This document shows positions 28,501 through 36,885 of a stretch of 64,000 nucleotides of DNA, piece after piece (the stretch's first letter is position 1; each line of letters opens with the position of its first letter). The DNA is from Coprothermobacterota bacterium (lineage in GTDB: Bacteria > Coprothermobacterota > Coprothermobacteria > Coprothermobacterales > Coprothermobacteraceae). The notes under the pieces are model-generated. The model did not search any database and was not told the DNA's origin. It saw only the letters and a program-made list of their open reading frames with translations. Location: positions 236,559-300,558 of the forward strand of contig JAZIGN010000001.1 in the NCBI GenBank assembly GCA_036679065.1. Reading direction: 5' to 3'. Both the position numbers and the translations under genes were made by a program.

Positions 28501-29663
28501 TCATAGCCATAGACGGACTAGCAGGTAGTGGGAAGACCACAGCTGGCAAAGGGTTAGCCAAAGCCATTGGATTTCGGTTCATCAGTTCTGGGCAGTTATA
28601 CCGATTCAAGGCTTTAGAGCCTGATGTGGACCTTTTAGAAGCGGTAAAGGAGCACAAGCTGAAAATTGAGTGGGACATAGAATGGGAAGGTAAAGACATA
28701 TCGGCGGAGCTACAGCGAGAAGAGATAGGCAGCAGAGCATCACAAATAGCGTTATTGAGAGAGGTTAGGGATGAAGTAAACAACGTACTAAGGTTTGTAG
28801 CCGAAGGCGGGAACTATGTCATAGAAGGCAGAGACATAGGCACAGTAGTATTTCCCGAAGCTGGAGTGAAGTTTTTCCTAACAGCAGAAGAAAGGGTTAG
28901 GGCGAGGCGTAGAGCAGAGCAAGTAGGAGAAGAAGTAAACATAGCAGAGAGGGACGAAAGGGACAAGAAGAGGGAGATAGCGCCAGCCAAGGCAGCTGAA
29001 GATGCCATAATCATTGATAACAGTTATCAGAGTGTAGAAGAGACCATAAAGGAGATGGAGGGGCGCTTACCTAAGGACGAATTCGACTTTCAACGTTTTT
29101 TGCAATACGTACTAGGTCCACCGGTAAGAGGGCTATTTCGTATAGAGGTAGTAAAAAGTCATCCTTTGAAGTATGGTCGCTGGATACTCACACCTAATCA
29201 TACAAGCGCTTGGGATGGAGTATGCCTTGCAGCAGTCTTGCAAAGGTCGGCTTACTACATAGCAAAAGTGGAGCTTCGCCGCATACTTGGGCCTTTGCTC
29301 TCTATTTTGAATGCTGTCACCATTGTCAGGGATACCCCGGACCTTAAGGCTATAAAGGCCATCCGTGCGTTGCTGACCAAAGAGAAGATCGTTGTTATTT
29401 ACCCGGAATCAAAGATTTTCACTGATGGTATTATGGGGCCTTTCAAAGAAGGTGCTTTTTATTTTCTTCGAAAAAGAATGGCACCTGTCGTCCCTGTGGT
29501 CATAAAAGGCTTGGAGAGAATAACGGTGAATACATTTTTTACTCGGCATGTAAGAATAGCTTTCCTTGATCCCGTATACCCTATTGACGTATTTGGCCTT
29601 CGAGAAAATGACATATCTGATAAAGTTAAAAAGCTTATGGTGAACGCTTATGAAAGTATGTAA
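28497..29663 (+). CDS. cmk: Cytidylate kinase - acyltransferase fusion, copy 3 (PlsC tail type B)
   Basis: Same protein as copy 1 up to 'TPNH', then divergent 'TSAWD...YPESKIF'; also 388 aa. Confidence 0.9.
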   Translation: MIIAIDGLAGSGKTTAGKGLAKAIGFRFISSGQLYRFKALEPDVDLLEAVKEHKLKIEWDIEWEGKDISAELQREEIGSRASQIALLREVRDEVNNVLRFVAEGGNYVIEGRDIGTVVFPEAGVKFFLTAEERVRARRRAEQVGEEVNIAERDERDKKREIAPAKAAEDAIIIDNSYQSVEETIKEMEGRLPKDEFDFQRFLQYVLGPPVRGLFRIEVVKSHPLKYGRWILTPNHTSAWDGVCLAAVLQRSAYYIAKVELRRILGPLLSILNAVTIVRDTPDLKAIKAIRALLTKEKIVVIYPESKIFTDGIMGPFKEGAFYFLRKRMAPVVPVVIKGLERITVNTFFTRHVRIAFLDPVYPIDVFGLRENDISDKVKKLMVNAYESM

Positions 29664-30421
29664 AAAGGAACTTCATTTGGCTTTCCCGCAAGGTCCCTGT
29701 TTCGGAGTAAAAAGGAGCATCGAGCTTTGTCGCAAGATCTTGGAAAAGCACGGAACTGTTTTTGCTGTTCACCCTTTGGTTCACAACGAAATTGTCATCA
29801 GCCCATGGTACGCCAAAGGATGTTTTGGAACGTCTGAAGGAGAAGAACTGTAAAGTAGTAGATGCCGTTTGCCCTTTGGTTCTTTTTGTGCACAAGAAAG
29901 CGTTAGAAGCAGTTAAGAACTTCGGTAAGGTCAACATAGTTGGTGATCCACAGCATCAGGAGATAAGAGCATTGACTTCGGAGCTTCCGGAAGGCTCGTA
30001 TGTACTTTGTGGACCAGAAGGTAAGCTGGCGGACAAGCGTTTCCCTGTAGTGTTTCAAAGCACCACAGATCCAATTATTTTGCACGAGTTAGGCGCTGAA
30101 GGTTACCGCATTATGGACACCATTTGTACTGCTACCAAGGGACGTCAACAAGCAAATGCTCAGCTTATTGAAAATTGTGATGCTCTGGTAATCCTGGGTT
30201 CTTCTACTAGTGCCAACAGCAGGCATCTGGCTGCAAAAGCCTCAGCATCTGGTAAGCCAGTACTCCTCACGCTTGATCTAGATGAGGCAGCGTCTTTTGT
30301 CCTGAACTATGATATCGTTGGGATCATAGCAGGGGCTTCAACACCACTAGATCTGGTCTACCAAGCCTATGATAGAATAATTACCGCATATGAAAAGGTT
30401 TGTAATAATTGGAGCTCCTAA
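29650..30421 (+). pseudogene. ispH: 4-hydroxy-3-methylbut-2-enyl diphosphate reductase, split by an internal deletion and frameshift near 29797
   Basis: Frame 1 has 'GPCFGVKR..LVHNEIV'; frame 2 has 'SAHG', 'DAVCP', 'HQE', 'DTICTAT..RQ', 'SANS', 'AGASTP'. Confidence 0.88.
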
Positions 30422-31667
30422 TGTGGGAAAATCTTCTCTTTTCAATCGCCTAGTGGGTGGGCGTAAAGCACTAACCTATGATCAGCCAGGTGTAACACGC
30501 GATTATCTTTCCCACATTTGTGAGTGGCGAGGCCGTTATTTTGAGCTTGTTGATACAGGCGGACTGTATCGAGGTGAGCAGGATTTAGAATCATTTTGGA
30601 AACGTTCCCTAGAAATAGCGCAGGATGCTGACGTAGTTTTGTTTGTTGTAGATGCTAGCGAGCACCTTAGCTCTGTGGAATACGACATTGCACAAGATCT
30701 AAGGAAAATGGGGAAAGAGGTCATAGTAGTAGGTAACAAAATGGACCTGTTGCCTGAAGGTTTTAATCCTGACCTTTATAATCTGGGTTTTGATAAAGTC
30801 CAATTTGTATCTGCTACAACTGGCCGCAACAGCGGGGACTTATTGGACCTAATGTGGGAATATCTAGGTGAGGAAGATCAAGACATAACTAAAGAAGATG
30901 TTGAGTTTAGAGTTTCGGTCATAGGTCGCACAAATGCAGGCAAATCGACGCTTATGAACAGACTCTTAGGCAAAGAACGCGTGCTAGTATCTGAAATGCC
31001 TGGTACAACGTTGGATTTCATCACAGAAACCATAAATGTGAAGGACATGGTTGTAGAAGTAACTGATACTCCGGGACTAAGAAAAGGAGACCTCAGACGG
31101 CTTTCTGTTCCAGAAATGCTGGCAGTGAAAAGATTGGAAAATCGATTACGCAAACAGCAGGTACTAGTTCATGTCATAGACGCTTCTGTTGGACTCACAT
31201 CTTTAGACGAAAGCGTCATAAGAATAGCAGAGGAAGAAGGAATTGGTTACATTGCAGTTCTGAACAAAATCGATCTTGCGGAAGATCCACGCAAAGCTGA
31301 GAGCGTTCTCACCGAAGCATTCTTAGACAAGTTCCCGTGGGTTGATCGAAAAGCGGTGATCGCAGCATCGGCAGAAGAGAACTACAATGTGGATAAGGTG
31401 ACTGATGCTTTGCATCTGGCAAGACAAGACCTCGGCATTACTTTTAAGCCTCGCGAGCTCACTGAGCTCATAAAGCCTTTGGAAGAAATCATTACCGGTT
31501 ATCGTTTCTACTTTGCGCTGCAAGTATCCACTTTGCCTTCGGTGGTAAAAGTCTTTGCTAACAAAGCGGAAATGCCATCGAATATAATGACTTATTTTAG
31601 AAGACAGCTCAAGAAATCCATGGGGATAAAGACGGCTTTGCCAAAAGTTATATTGGAGAAATCATAA
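30390..31667 (+). CDS. der: Ribosome biogenesis GTPase Der (EngA)
   Basis: Two G domains: GAPNVGKS/DTGG/NKMD and GRTNAGKS/DTPG/NKID. Confidence 0.93.
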   Translation: MKRFVIIGAPNVGKSSLFNRLVGGRKALTYDQPGVTRDYLSHICEWRGRYFELVDTGGLYRGEQDLESFWKRSLEIAQDADVVLFVVDASEHLSSVEYDIAQDLRKMGKEVIVVGNKMDLLPEGFNPDLYNLGFDKVQFVSATTGRNSGDLLDLMWEYLGEEDQDITKEDVEFRVSVIGRTNAGKSTLMNRLLGKERVLVSEMPGTTLDFITETINVKDMVVEVTDTPGLRKGDLRRLSVPEMLAVKRLENRLRKQQVLVHVIDASVGLTSLDESVIRIAEEEGIGYIAVLNKIDLAEDPRKAESVLTEAFLDKFPWVDRKAVIAASAEENYNVDKVTDALHLARQDLGITFKPRELTELIKPLEEIITGYRFYFALQVSTLPSVVKVFANKAEMPSNIMTYFRRQLKKSMGIKTALPKVILEKS

Positions 31668-31668
31668 A

Positions 31669-33024
31669 ATGGTACAGTGGCAGGGAAGATATCACTTCAT
31701 GGCTGTAGGGGGCATGGGCATGAGTGCCCTTGCTAAAATCTTAGCTCAAAGAGGCATTTCTGTTTCGGGCTGCGACGTGCAACCTCACTTTATGACAAAA
31801 GCAGATTTATCAGCGTGTGGTGTAACTTTGTTTACAGGACATGACCCAAAACATCTTCAAGATGCAGATTTTGTTGTCTATTCCTCAGCTATTAAACCGG
31901 ACAATGAGGAGTTTAGAGCTGCTTTGGATGAACACATTCCTGTTCTGCACCGCTCAGAGATTCTAGCAGATCTTCTGGACGAAGGTTTATCGGTAGCAGT
32001 AACAGGTACTCACGGTAAATCGTCGACTACGGGATTCATAGCGCAGGGGCTGGAACTTTTGGGTTTTGATCCAACTTTCATAGGAGGCGCCGTGGTAAAC
32101 CCTTTAGGTGGAAATGCAAAACTGGGGAGCGGACCTGTTATAGGAGAAGTAGACGAAAGTGATGGTAGCCTAGTAAGGATTCCTGCATCGGTGAAAGTCG
32201 TTCTAAACTTGGATGACGATCACCTACCTTTCTATGGAACGATGGAGAACTTGGCTGCTACGGTGCACCGCTTCATATTGGGTCGCCCTCACAACAGTAT
32301 TGCTGTGTTGAACTACAACGATCCCTTGCTCAGGGGAATGGATTACTCTTCAAGGCGTGTGCACTGGTGTGGTTTTGGTTCGCCGGATATACGCATTGAT
32401 GCGCTTGAGCTTGAAGGCGTGAACCCTAAGATAAGTGTTTGTTATGAAGGGAAGCAATTCACTATTTTAAACGATAAAATTTTCGGTAAACATAATGGAT
32501 TGAATTTAGCCATGGCTTTCTCTGTGCTTGTTGCCATGGGCATAGATCCAAACTCCGCCGCGAAGGTCTTGGAGGAAGTTCAAACTCCGCGCAGAAGACA
32601 GCAGATTCTGGGCAGCGTAAATGGAACATCGGTTATGGTGGACATTGCTTTGCATCCAACAGAACTAAAAGCTCTTCGTGAAGTGTTTGAATCGAGTAAG
32701 CGGCGGGTTTTACTTATTTTTCAGCCTCACCGTTATAGTAGATACAAGCTCCTGTTTAAGGACTTTGTGGAAGAGCTTTCCCTGTGGAGCGATGTGGTTA
32801 TCACAGAAATATATCCATCAGATGAACCTGTTGAAGACACCAGTAGTTATCCGTTATATGAAGAAATAGGTAGTAGGAACAAATTGTTCTATTCAGACAA
32901 AGAGACGTTATTCCAAGATCTGCCTAACATCATGAACGGCTATGATATTGTGCTCTTCGCCGGTTTGGGAAGTATCGGTAATTGGGCTGAAGAGTTCTAC
33001 ACGGAAAACTCCACGAAAAAATAG
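31669..33024 (+). CDS. murC: UDP-N-acetylmuramate--L-alanine ligase
   Basis: 'GGMGMSALA', 'SSAI', 'GTHGKSSTT', 'EVDESDG', 'FQPHRYSR'. Confidence 0.92.
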   Translation: MVQWQGRYHFMAVGGMGMSALAKILAQRGISVSGCDVQPHFMTKADLSACGVTLFTGHDPKHLQDADFVVYSSAIKPDNEEFRAALDEHIPVLHRSEILADLLDEGLSVAVTGTHGKSSTTGFIAQGLELLGFDPTFIGGAVVNPLGGNAKLGSGPVIGEVDESDGSLVRIPASVKVVLNLDDDHLPFYGTMENLAATVHRFILGRPHNSIAVLNYNDPLLRGMDYSSRRVHWCGFGSPDIRIDALELEGVNPKISVCYEGKQFTILNDKIFGKHNGLNLAMAFSVLVAMGIDPNSAAKVLEEVQTPRRRQQILGSVNGTSVMVDIALHPTELKALREVFESSKRRVLLIFQPHRYSRYKLLFKDFVEELSLWSDVVITEIYPSDEPVEDTSSYPLYEEIGSRNKLFYSDKETLFQDLPNIMNGYDIVLFAGLGSIGNWAEEFYTENSTKK

Positions 33025-33132
33025 TCAACCAATTCTTCAAAAAGCTTTTTCGTTAACTAACTCTTAATTTTCCAACGTATAATATTTATAGTAACTATTC
33101 ATGTTCAACCTGCAAAGGAGGAGGTGTTAGAC

Positions 33133-36100
33133 TTGGGTGGAAAGCTTCTAAAAAGGTATTTGTCCCTAGTTTTAGTCCTCGCTATGGTAGTTGGTTTTGC
33201 TCTTCCAGTAAATGTCGGTGCACAGGAGACAGTAAAAATCACAGTACTAGAGACTTCAGATGTCCACGGTCATATTCTGGCTTATGATTACGGCAAGGAC
33301 AAAGAGGATCAAAGTTTTGGTCTATCTAAGGTTGCCAGTTATGTTAATAAAGTGCGCACGGAAAACCCCAACACGATTCTTGTAGACAACGGTGATTATT
33401 TACAGGGCACACCGCTAGTTGAAAACTATCTTACAGCTACTCTAAATCCCATGGCTGCAGCTATGAATTACCTGAAGTACGACGCAGTGGTTTTAGGAAA
33501 TCACGAGTTTAATTTTGGTATGGAGGCTCTAAAGAAGTTTGTAGAATCTCTTTCCGTACCAGTCATTTCTGCGAACGTGGTAAAAGCTGGAACTGAGGAG
33601 CCATATTTCAAACCGTATGTGGTCATTGAACGTTCCGGTGTAAAGATCGGAATTCTTGGTCTTACCAGCTTAGTGGTTAAGAAGGTGGAAAAACCAGCGA
33701 ACTTGGAAGGTGTGGATCTAATTGATCCCGTTGAGACGGCTAAGAAGTACGTAAACATCCTCAAAAATGAAGAAAAGGTAGATGTAGTGATTTTAGCCGG
33801 TCACTCCGGACTGGAATACGATCCAGAGACCAAGACCTACAGCACTCGCGAGTACCCTGAGAACTTCATTTTCAACGTTGTAGACAAGGTTCCAGGTATT
33901 GATGCTGTTCTTTCAGGACACGATCACAATGAATTTGCGAAAGTAATTACCACATCTTCTGGAGCAAAAATCCCTGTTGTTCAGCCAAGCTCTTGGGCGA
34001 AAGCTGTTGGTCGAATTGACCTTACCTTAGTTAAGGAAAACGGTGCATGGAAAGTTTCCGAGGCAGTTCCCACAACAGTTAAGATGAAGGATTATGAAGA
34101 AGACAAAGAACTTGTTGCTCTGATGCAAAAGGAGCACGAAGAAGTTCTCCAATTCATTCGGACTCCCATCGGAGAATTTAGTGAAGATTTCCCTGTCTTA
34201 GATCCGTTGACAGCTCGTATGTCTGATAATGCATACTTTGATATCCAGCTAAAAGCCATGGAATGGGCTGCCGGTACTGACATTGCCGTACAGGCCATAC
34301 TCCCTACAACGCCGCCTACATTTACTAAGGGCCCCATCACAATCAAAGATGTAAACGCATTGTACATTTATGCCAACACGCTTTACAAGGTAAAAGTAAC
34401 AGGTCAAATGATTAAAGATTTATTGGAGAATTCAGCAAAGTATTTTGTTTATGGCTATGATCCGTTAAACGGTGCAACCTTAAGCTCTGATCCGAATTTC
34501 CGTGCCTACAATTTTGATGGTGTATCGGGCGTCAGTTACCAAATAGATGTAACGAAACCTGTGGGAGAAAGAGTGGTTAACCTGACTTACAAGGGAGAAC
34601 CACTGAAAATGGACGATTGGTATGTGATCGCCATTAACAACCACAGGTTTGAATCGCTACGCGACACTGTATTCAAAGGTGCCGAAAAGCTTTGGGAAAG
34701 TGACATTGATATTGCTGAGTACATCGTAAACTATATAAAAGAACAGAAGACCATTGCCCCTGAGACCGATCACAACTGGTCTATAACCCCAACTTATCTC
34801 TTATACAATGCTCCTGCTTTGGTAAACGATTATGCTACCTTGGACGAAACTAAGACTCTGTATGCAGGATATCAAGGGCCTTCTGTTAGCCTGACCAGAG
34901 GAAGCGCTGCTTGCTTCTTCACACCCGTTTACATTACCGCAACCCCTAGCGGGGAGATACCAGAGTTTAAGGATCTTGACCCTAATGCAAACAGCTGCGT
35001 GAAGCCTTTGTTGCAGACGGGACTTTACGTTGGATATGGTGATGACACTGTAAGATTAGAAGAAGGTTTGACCAGAGAACAGTCCGTTGTGGTTGCATTA
35101 AGAGGAATGAAAGCAGCAGAAACACTGCCAAATGCTGATGAGGCCAACAGCATTCTAGCCAACTATCCAGACGCTGAGGAGGTCTCCTCTTGGGCACGAC
35201 CCTATGTAGCGGCTGCGTTGAAGTACGGTTGGCTCAAGACAAGGGATGGCAAAATTGCTCCCAAGGACAGAATTACTGAAAGCGAACTTGTTTACATGCT
35301 TCACTGGAGCCGCTTCCCCAATGTGCGCATGCTCAGTATCAACGATTTCCACGGCAACATAAGCACTTTCTATAATGACAGCAACCTGAAAGCTACGGTG
35401 GGCGGATACGAGACCATTGCTTGGTATGTGAACAAGTACAGGGCAGAGAACCCTCTTTATACATACTTCTTTGATGCTGGAGATTTGATGCAGGGTACTC
35501 CTACGTCAACCATACTTCACGGTGAGCCATTGATTGCACTGCACAACGCTATTGGCGCCGATGCTATGACCATTGGAAACCACGAGTTTGACTGGGGTCT
35601 GGATGTGCTAAAGGAACGCATAGAACAGGCTAAGTTCCCCATAGTTTCTGGAAACATTTTTGATAAAGAGACAGGAGAACCGGTGGACTTTGCAAAACCC
35701 TATGCAGTGCTTGAAAAAGGCTTTCTTAGTGTGGGCGTTGTTGGCTTCACTACACCGGAATCTTCCATAACAGCTCATCCGTCTATTGTGGGCGGGTTGG
35801 AATTTAAGAGCGCCAGCTCCATACAGCCCTACATAACCGAGCTGAAAGATAAAACTGATCTTGTTGTTGTTCTCGCTCACGATAGTGCCTATCAAGATTC
35901 CAAGACAGGTTCCATAACAGGCCCATCTGTTGTGGATATTGCAAGCTATAAACCAGATGCACTGATTACGGGACACAGCCATACCCAGGTTGCTGGATTC
36001 ATTGATGGAGTACCCACGGTGCAAGCTTGGTACAATGGGCGTCGAATCGGCGGTATAGGGCTTCTTTACGATGCGCTGGAAGGCGAAACTCTGATGAAGA

Positions 36101-36819
36101 CAGCAACTTTGATTGCTCCTAAGGTTACTTCAGAAACAACCGTTCCAGCCGTGGCAGAAATCATTGCAACATATGACGAAAAAGTAGGTCCAGTATTCAG
36201 CACTGAGATTGGGTACACTGAGAAGGGATTAACAAGGAACTACTACGGCGAATCCAATTTAGGTGACTTCACTTCCGACATCATACTGCAGGCTGCAAGC
36301 AAAGCCATCGATGCTGTTGTGGATGCAGCTTTCCAGAATGCAGGTGGTATTCGCATCGACATTCCAACAGGCACAATAACTGTGGGCACCATTTGGCAGC
36401 TGATGCCATTTGACAACACGGTTGTTGTGATGGATCTTAAAGGCGCAGACATTAAAGCTCTGCTCGAGAGATCTTGCCTGAAGGAAGGCGAATCTGATGC
36501 AAATGGAGCTAGCAAGGGTCAACTACAACCTTCCGGGATCAGGTGGACTTGTGACATGAGCAAGCCCATAGGCGAAAGAGTTACTGCGGTCTCCTTTGAA
36601 AATGGTAAAGAGTTTAGCTTGGATGCAACTTACAAAGTCGCAACGAATGATTTCTTGGCAACTGGTGGAGACGGGTTCGCGGCGTTTAAGAACGGTACAA
36701 ACGTTACCAACACCTTTGTTCTAGTGCGTGATGCAATCATTGAAGCCATAAAGCAGATGACTGAAGAAGGAAAGACTATTGACTACGAAGTAGTCGGCAG
36801 AATAACAATAATTCCGTAA
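33133..36819 (+). CDS. Secreted double metallophosphoesterase (2',3'-cyclic nucleotide phosphodiesterase / 5'-nucleotidase, YfkN-like) with central SLH repeats
   Basis: Signal peptide; two sets of DxH, GD, GNHEF and GHxH motifs, each followed by a 5'-nucleotidase C-domain; SLH-like 'FKD..LYVGY..LTREQ' and 'YPDAEEVSSWA..KIAPKDRIT' between them. Confidence 0.88.
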   Translation: MGGKLLKRYLSLVLVLAMVVGFALPVNVGAQETVKITVLETSDVHGHILAYDYGKDKEDQSFGLSKVASYVNKVRTENPNTILVDNGDYLQGTPLVENYLTATLNPMAAAMNYLKYDAVVLGNHEFNFGMEALKKFVESLSVPVISANVVKAGTEEPYFKPYVVIERSGVKIGILGLTSLVVKKVEKPANLEGVDLIDPVETAKKYVNILKNEEKVDVVILAGHSGLEYDPETKTYSTREYPENFIFNVVDKVPGIDAVLSGHDHNEFAKVITTSSGAKIPVVQPSSWAKAVGRIDLTLVKENGAWKVSEAVPTTVKMKDYEEDKELVALMQKEHEEVLQFIRTPIGEFSEDFPVLDPLTARMSDNAYFDIQLKAMEWAAGTDIAVQAILPTTPPTFTKGPITIKDVNALYIYANTLYKVKVTGQMIKDLLENSAKYFVYGYDPLNGATLSSDPNFRAYNFDGVSGVSYQIDVTKPVGERVVNLTYKGEPLKMDDWYVIAINNHRFESLRDTVFKGAEKLWESDIDIAEYIVNYIKEQKTIAPETDHNWSITPTYLLYNAPALVNDYATLDETKTLYAGYQGPSVSLTRGSAACFFTPVYITATPSGEIPEFKDLDPNANSCVKPLLQTGLYVGYGDDTVRLEEGLTREQSVVVALRGMKAAETLPNADEANSILANYPDAEEVSSWARPYVAAALKYGWLKTRDGKIAPKDRITESELVYMLHWSRFPNVRMLSINDFHGNISTFYNDSNLKATVGGYETIAWYVNKYRAENPLYTYFFDAGDLMQGTPTSTILHGEPLIALHNAIGADAMTIGNHEFDWGLDVLKERIEQAKFPIVSGNIFDKETGEPVDFAKPYAVLEKGFLSVGVVGFTTPESSITAHPSIVGGLEFKSASSIQPYITELKDKTDLVVVLAHDSAYQDSKTGSITGPSVVDIASYKPDALITGHSHTQVAGFIDGVPTVQAWYNGRRIGGIGLLYDALEGETLMKTATLIAPKVTSETTVPAVAEIIATYDEKVGPVFSTEIGYTEKGLTRNYYGESNLGDFTSDIILQAASKAIDAVVDAAFQNAGGIRIDIPTGTITVGTIWQLMPFDNTVVVMDLKGADIKALLERSCLKEGESDANGASKGQLQPSGIRWTCDMSKPIGERVTAVSFENGKEFSLDATYKVATNDFLATGGDGFAAFKNGTNVTNTFVLVRDAIIEAIKQMTEEGKTIDYEVVGRITIIP

Positions 36820-36841
36820 GCAGTAGCTACGCACGCTGAAG

Positions 36842-36872
36842 AAGGGGAGCCAGCCGGCTCCCCTTTCTGTTA
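36842..36872 (+). terminator. Intrinsic terminator after the nucleotidase gene
   Basis: Perfect 10-bp stem AAGGGGAGCC / GGCTCCCCTT, 4-nt loop, T-rich tail. Confidence 0.8.
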
Positions 36873-36885
36873 TATAATCATCTTT

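Larger units (their letters stand above)
26043..29201 (+). repeat. Tandem array of cmk-plsC units starting at 26043, 27206 and 28497 (unit 1163 bp; unit 2 is 1291 bp)
   Basis: By eye 26100-26747 = 28554-29201, 26529-27209 = 27820-28500 and 27206-27363 = 28497-28654. Confidence 0.95.

Noticed and set aside
26043..29663. Diversity-generating retroelement or IS explanation for the repeats
   Set aside because: No reverse transcriptase or transposase, differences are not adenine-specific, and there are no terminal repeats
29780..29810. Programmed ribosomal frameshift in ispH
   Set aside because: No slippery sequence, and about 30 conserved-length residues are missing, so recoding would not restore the protein
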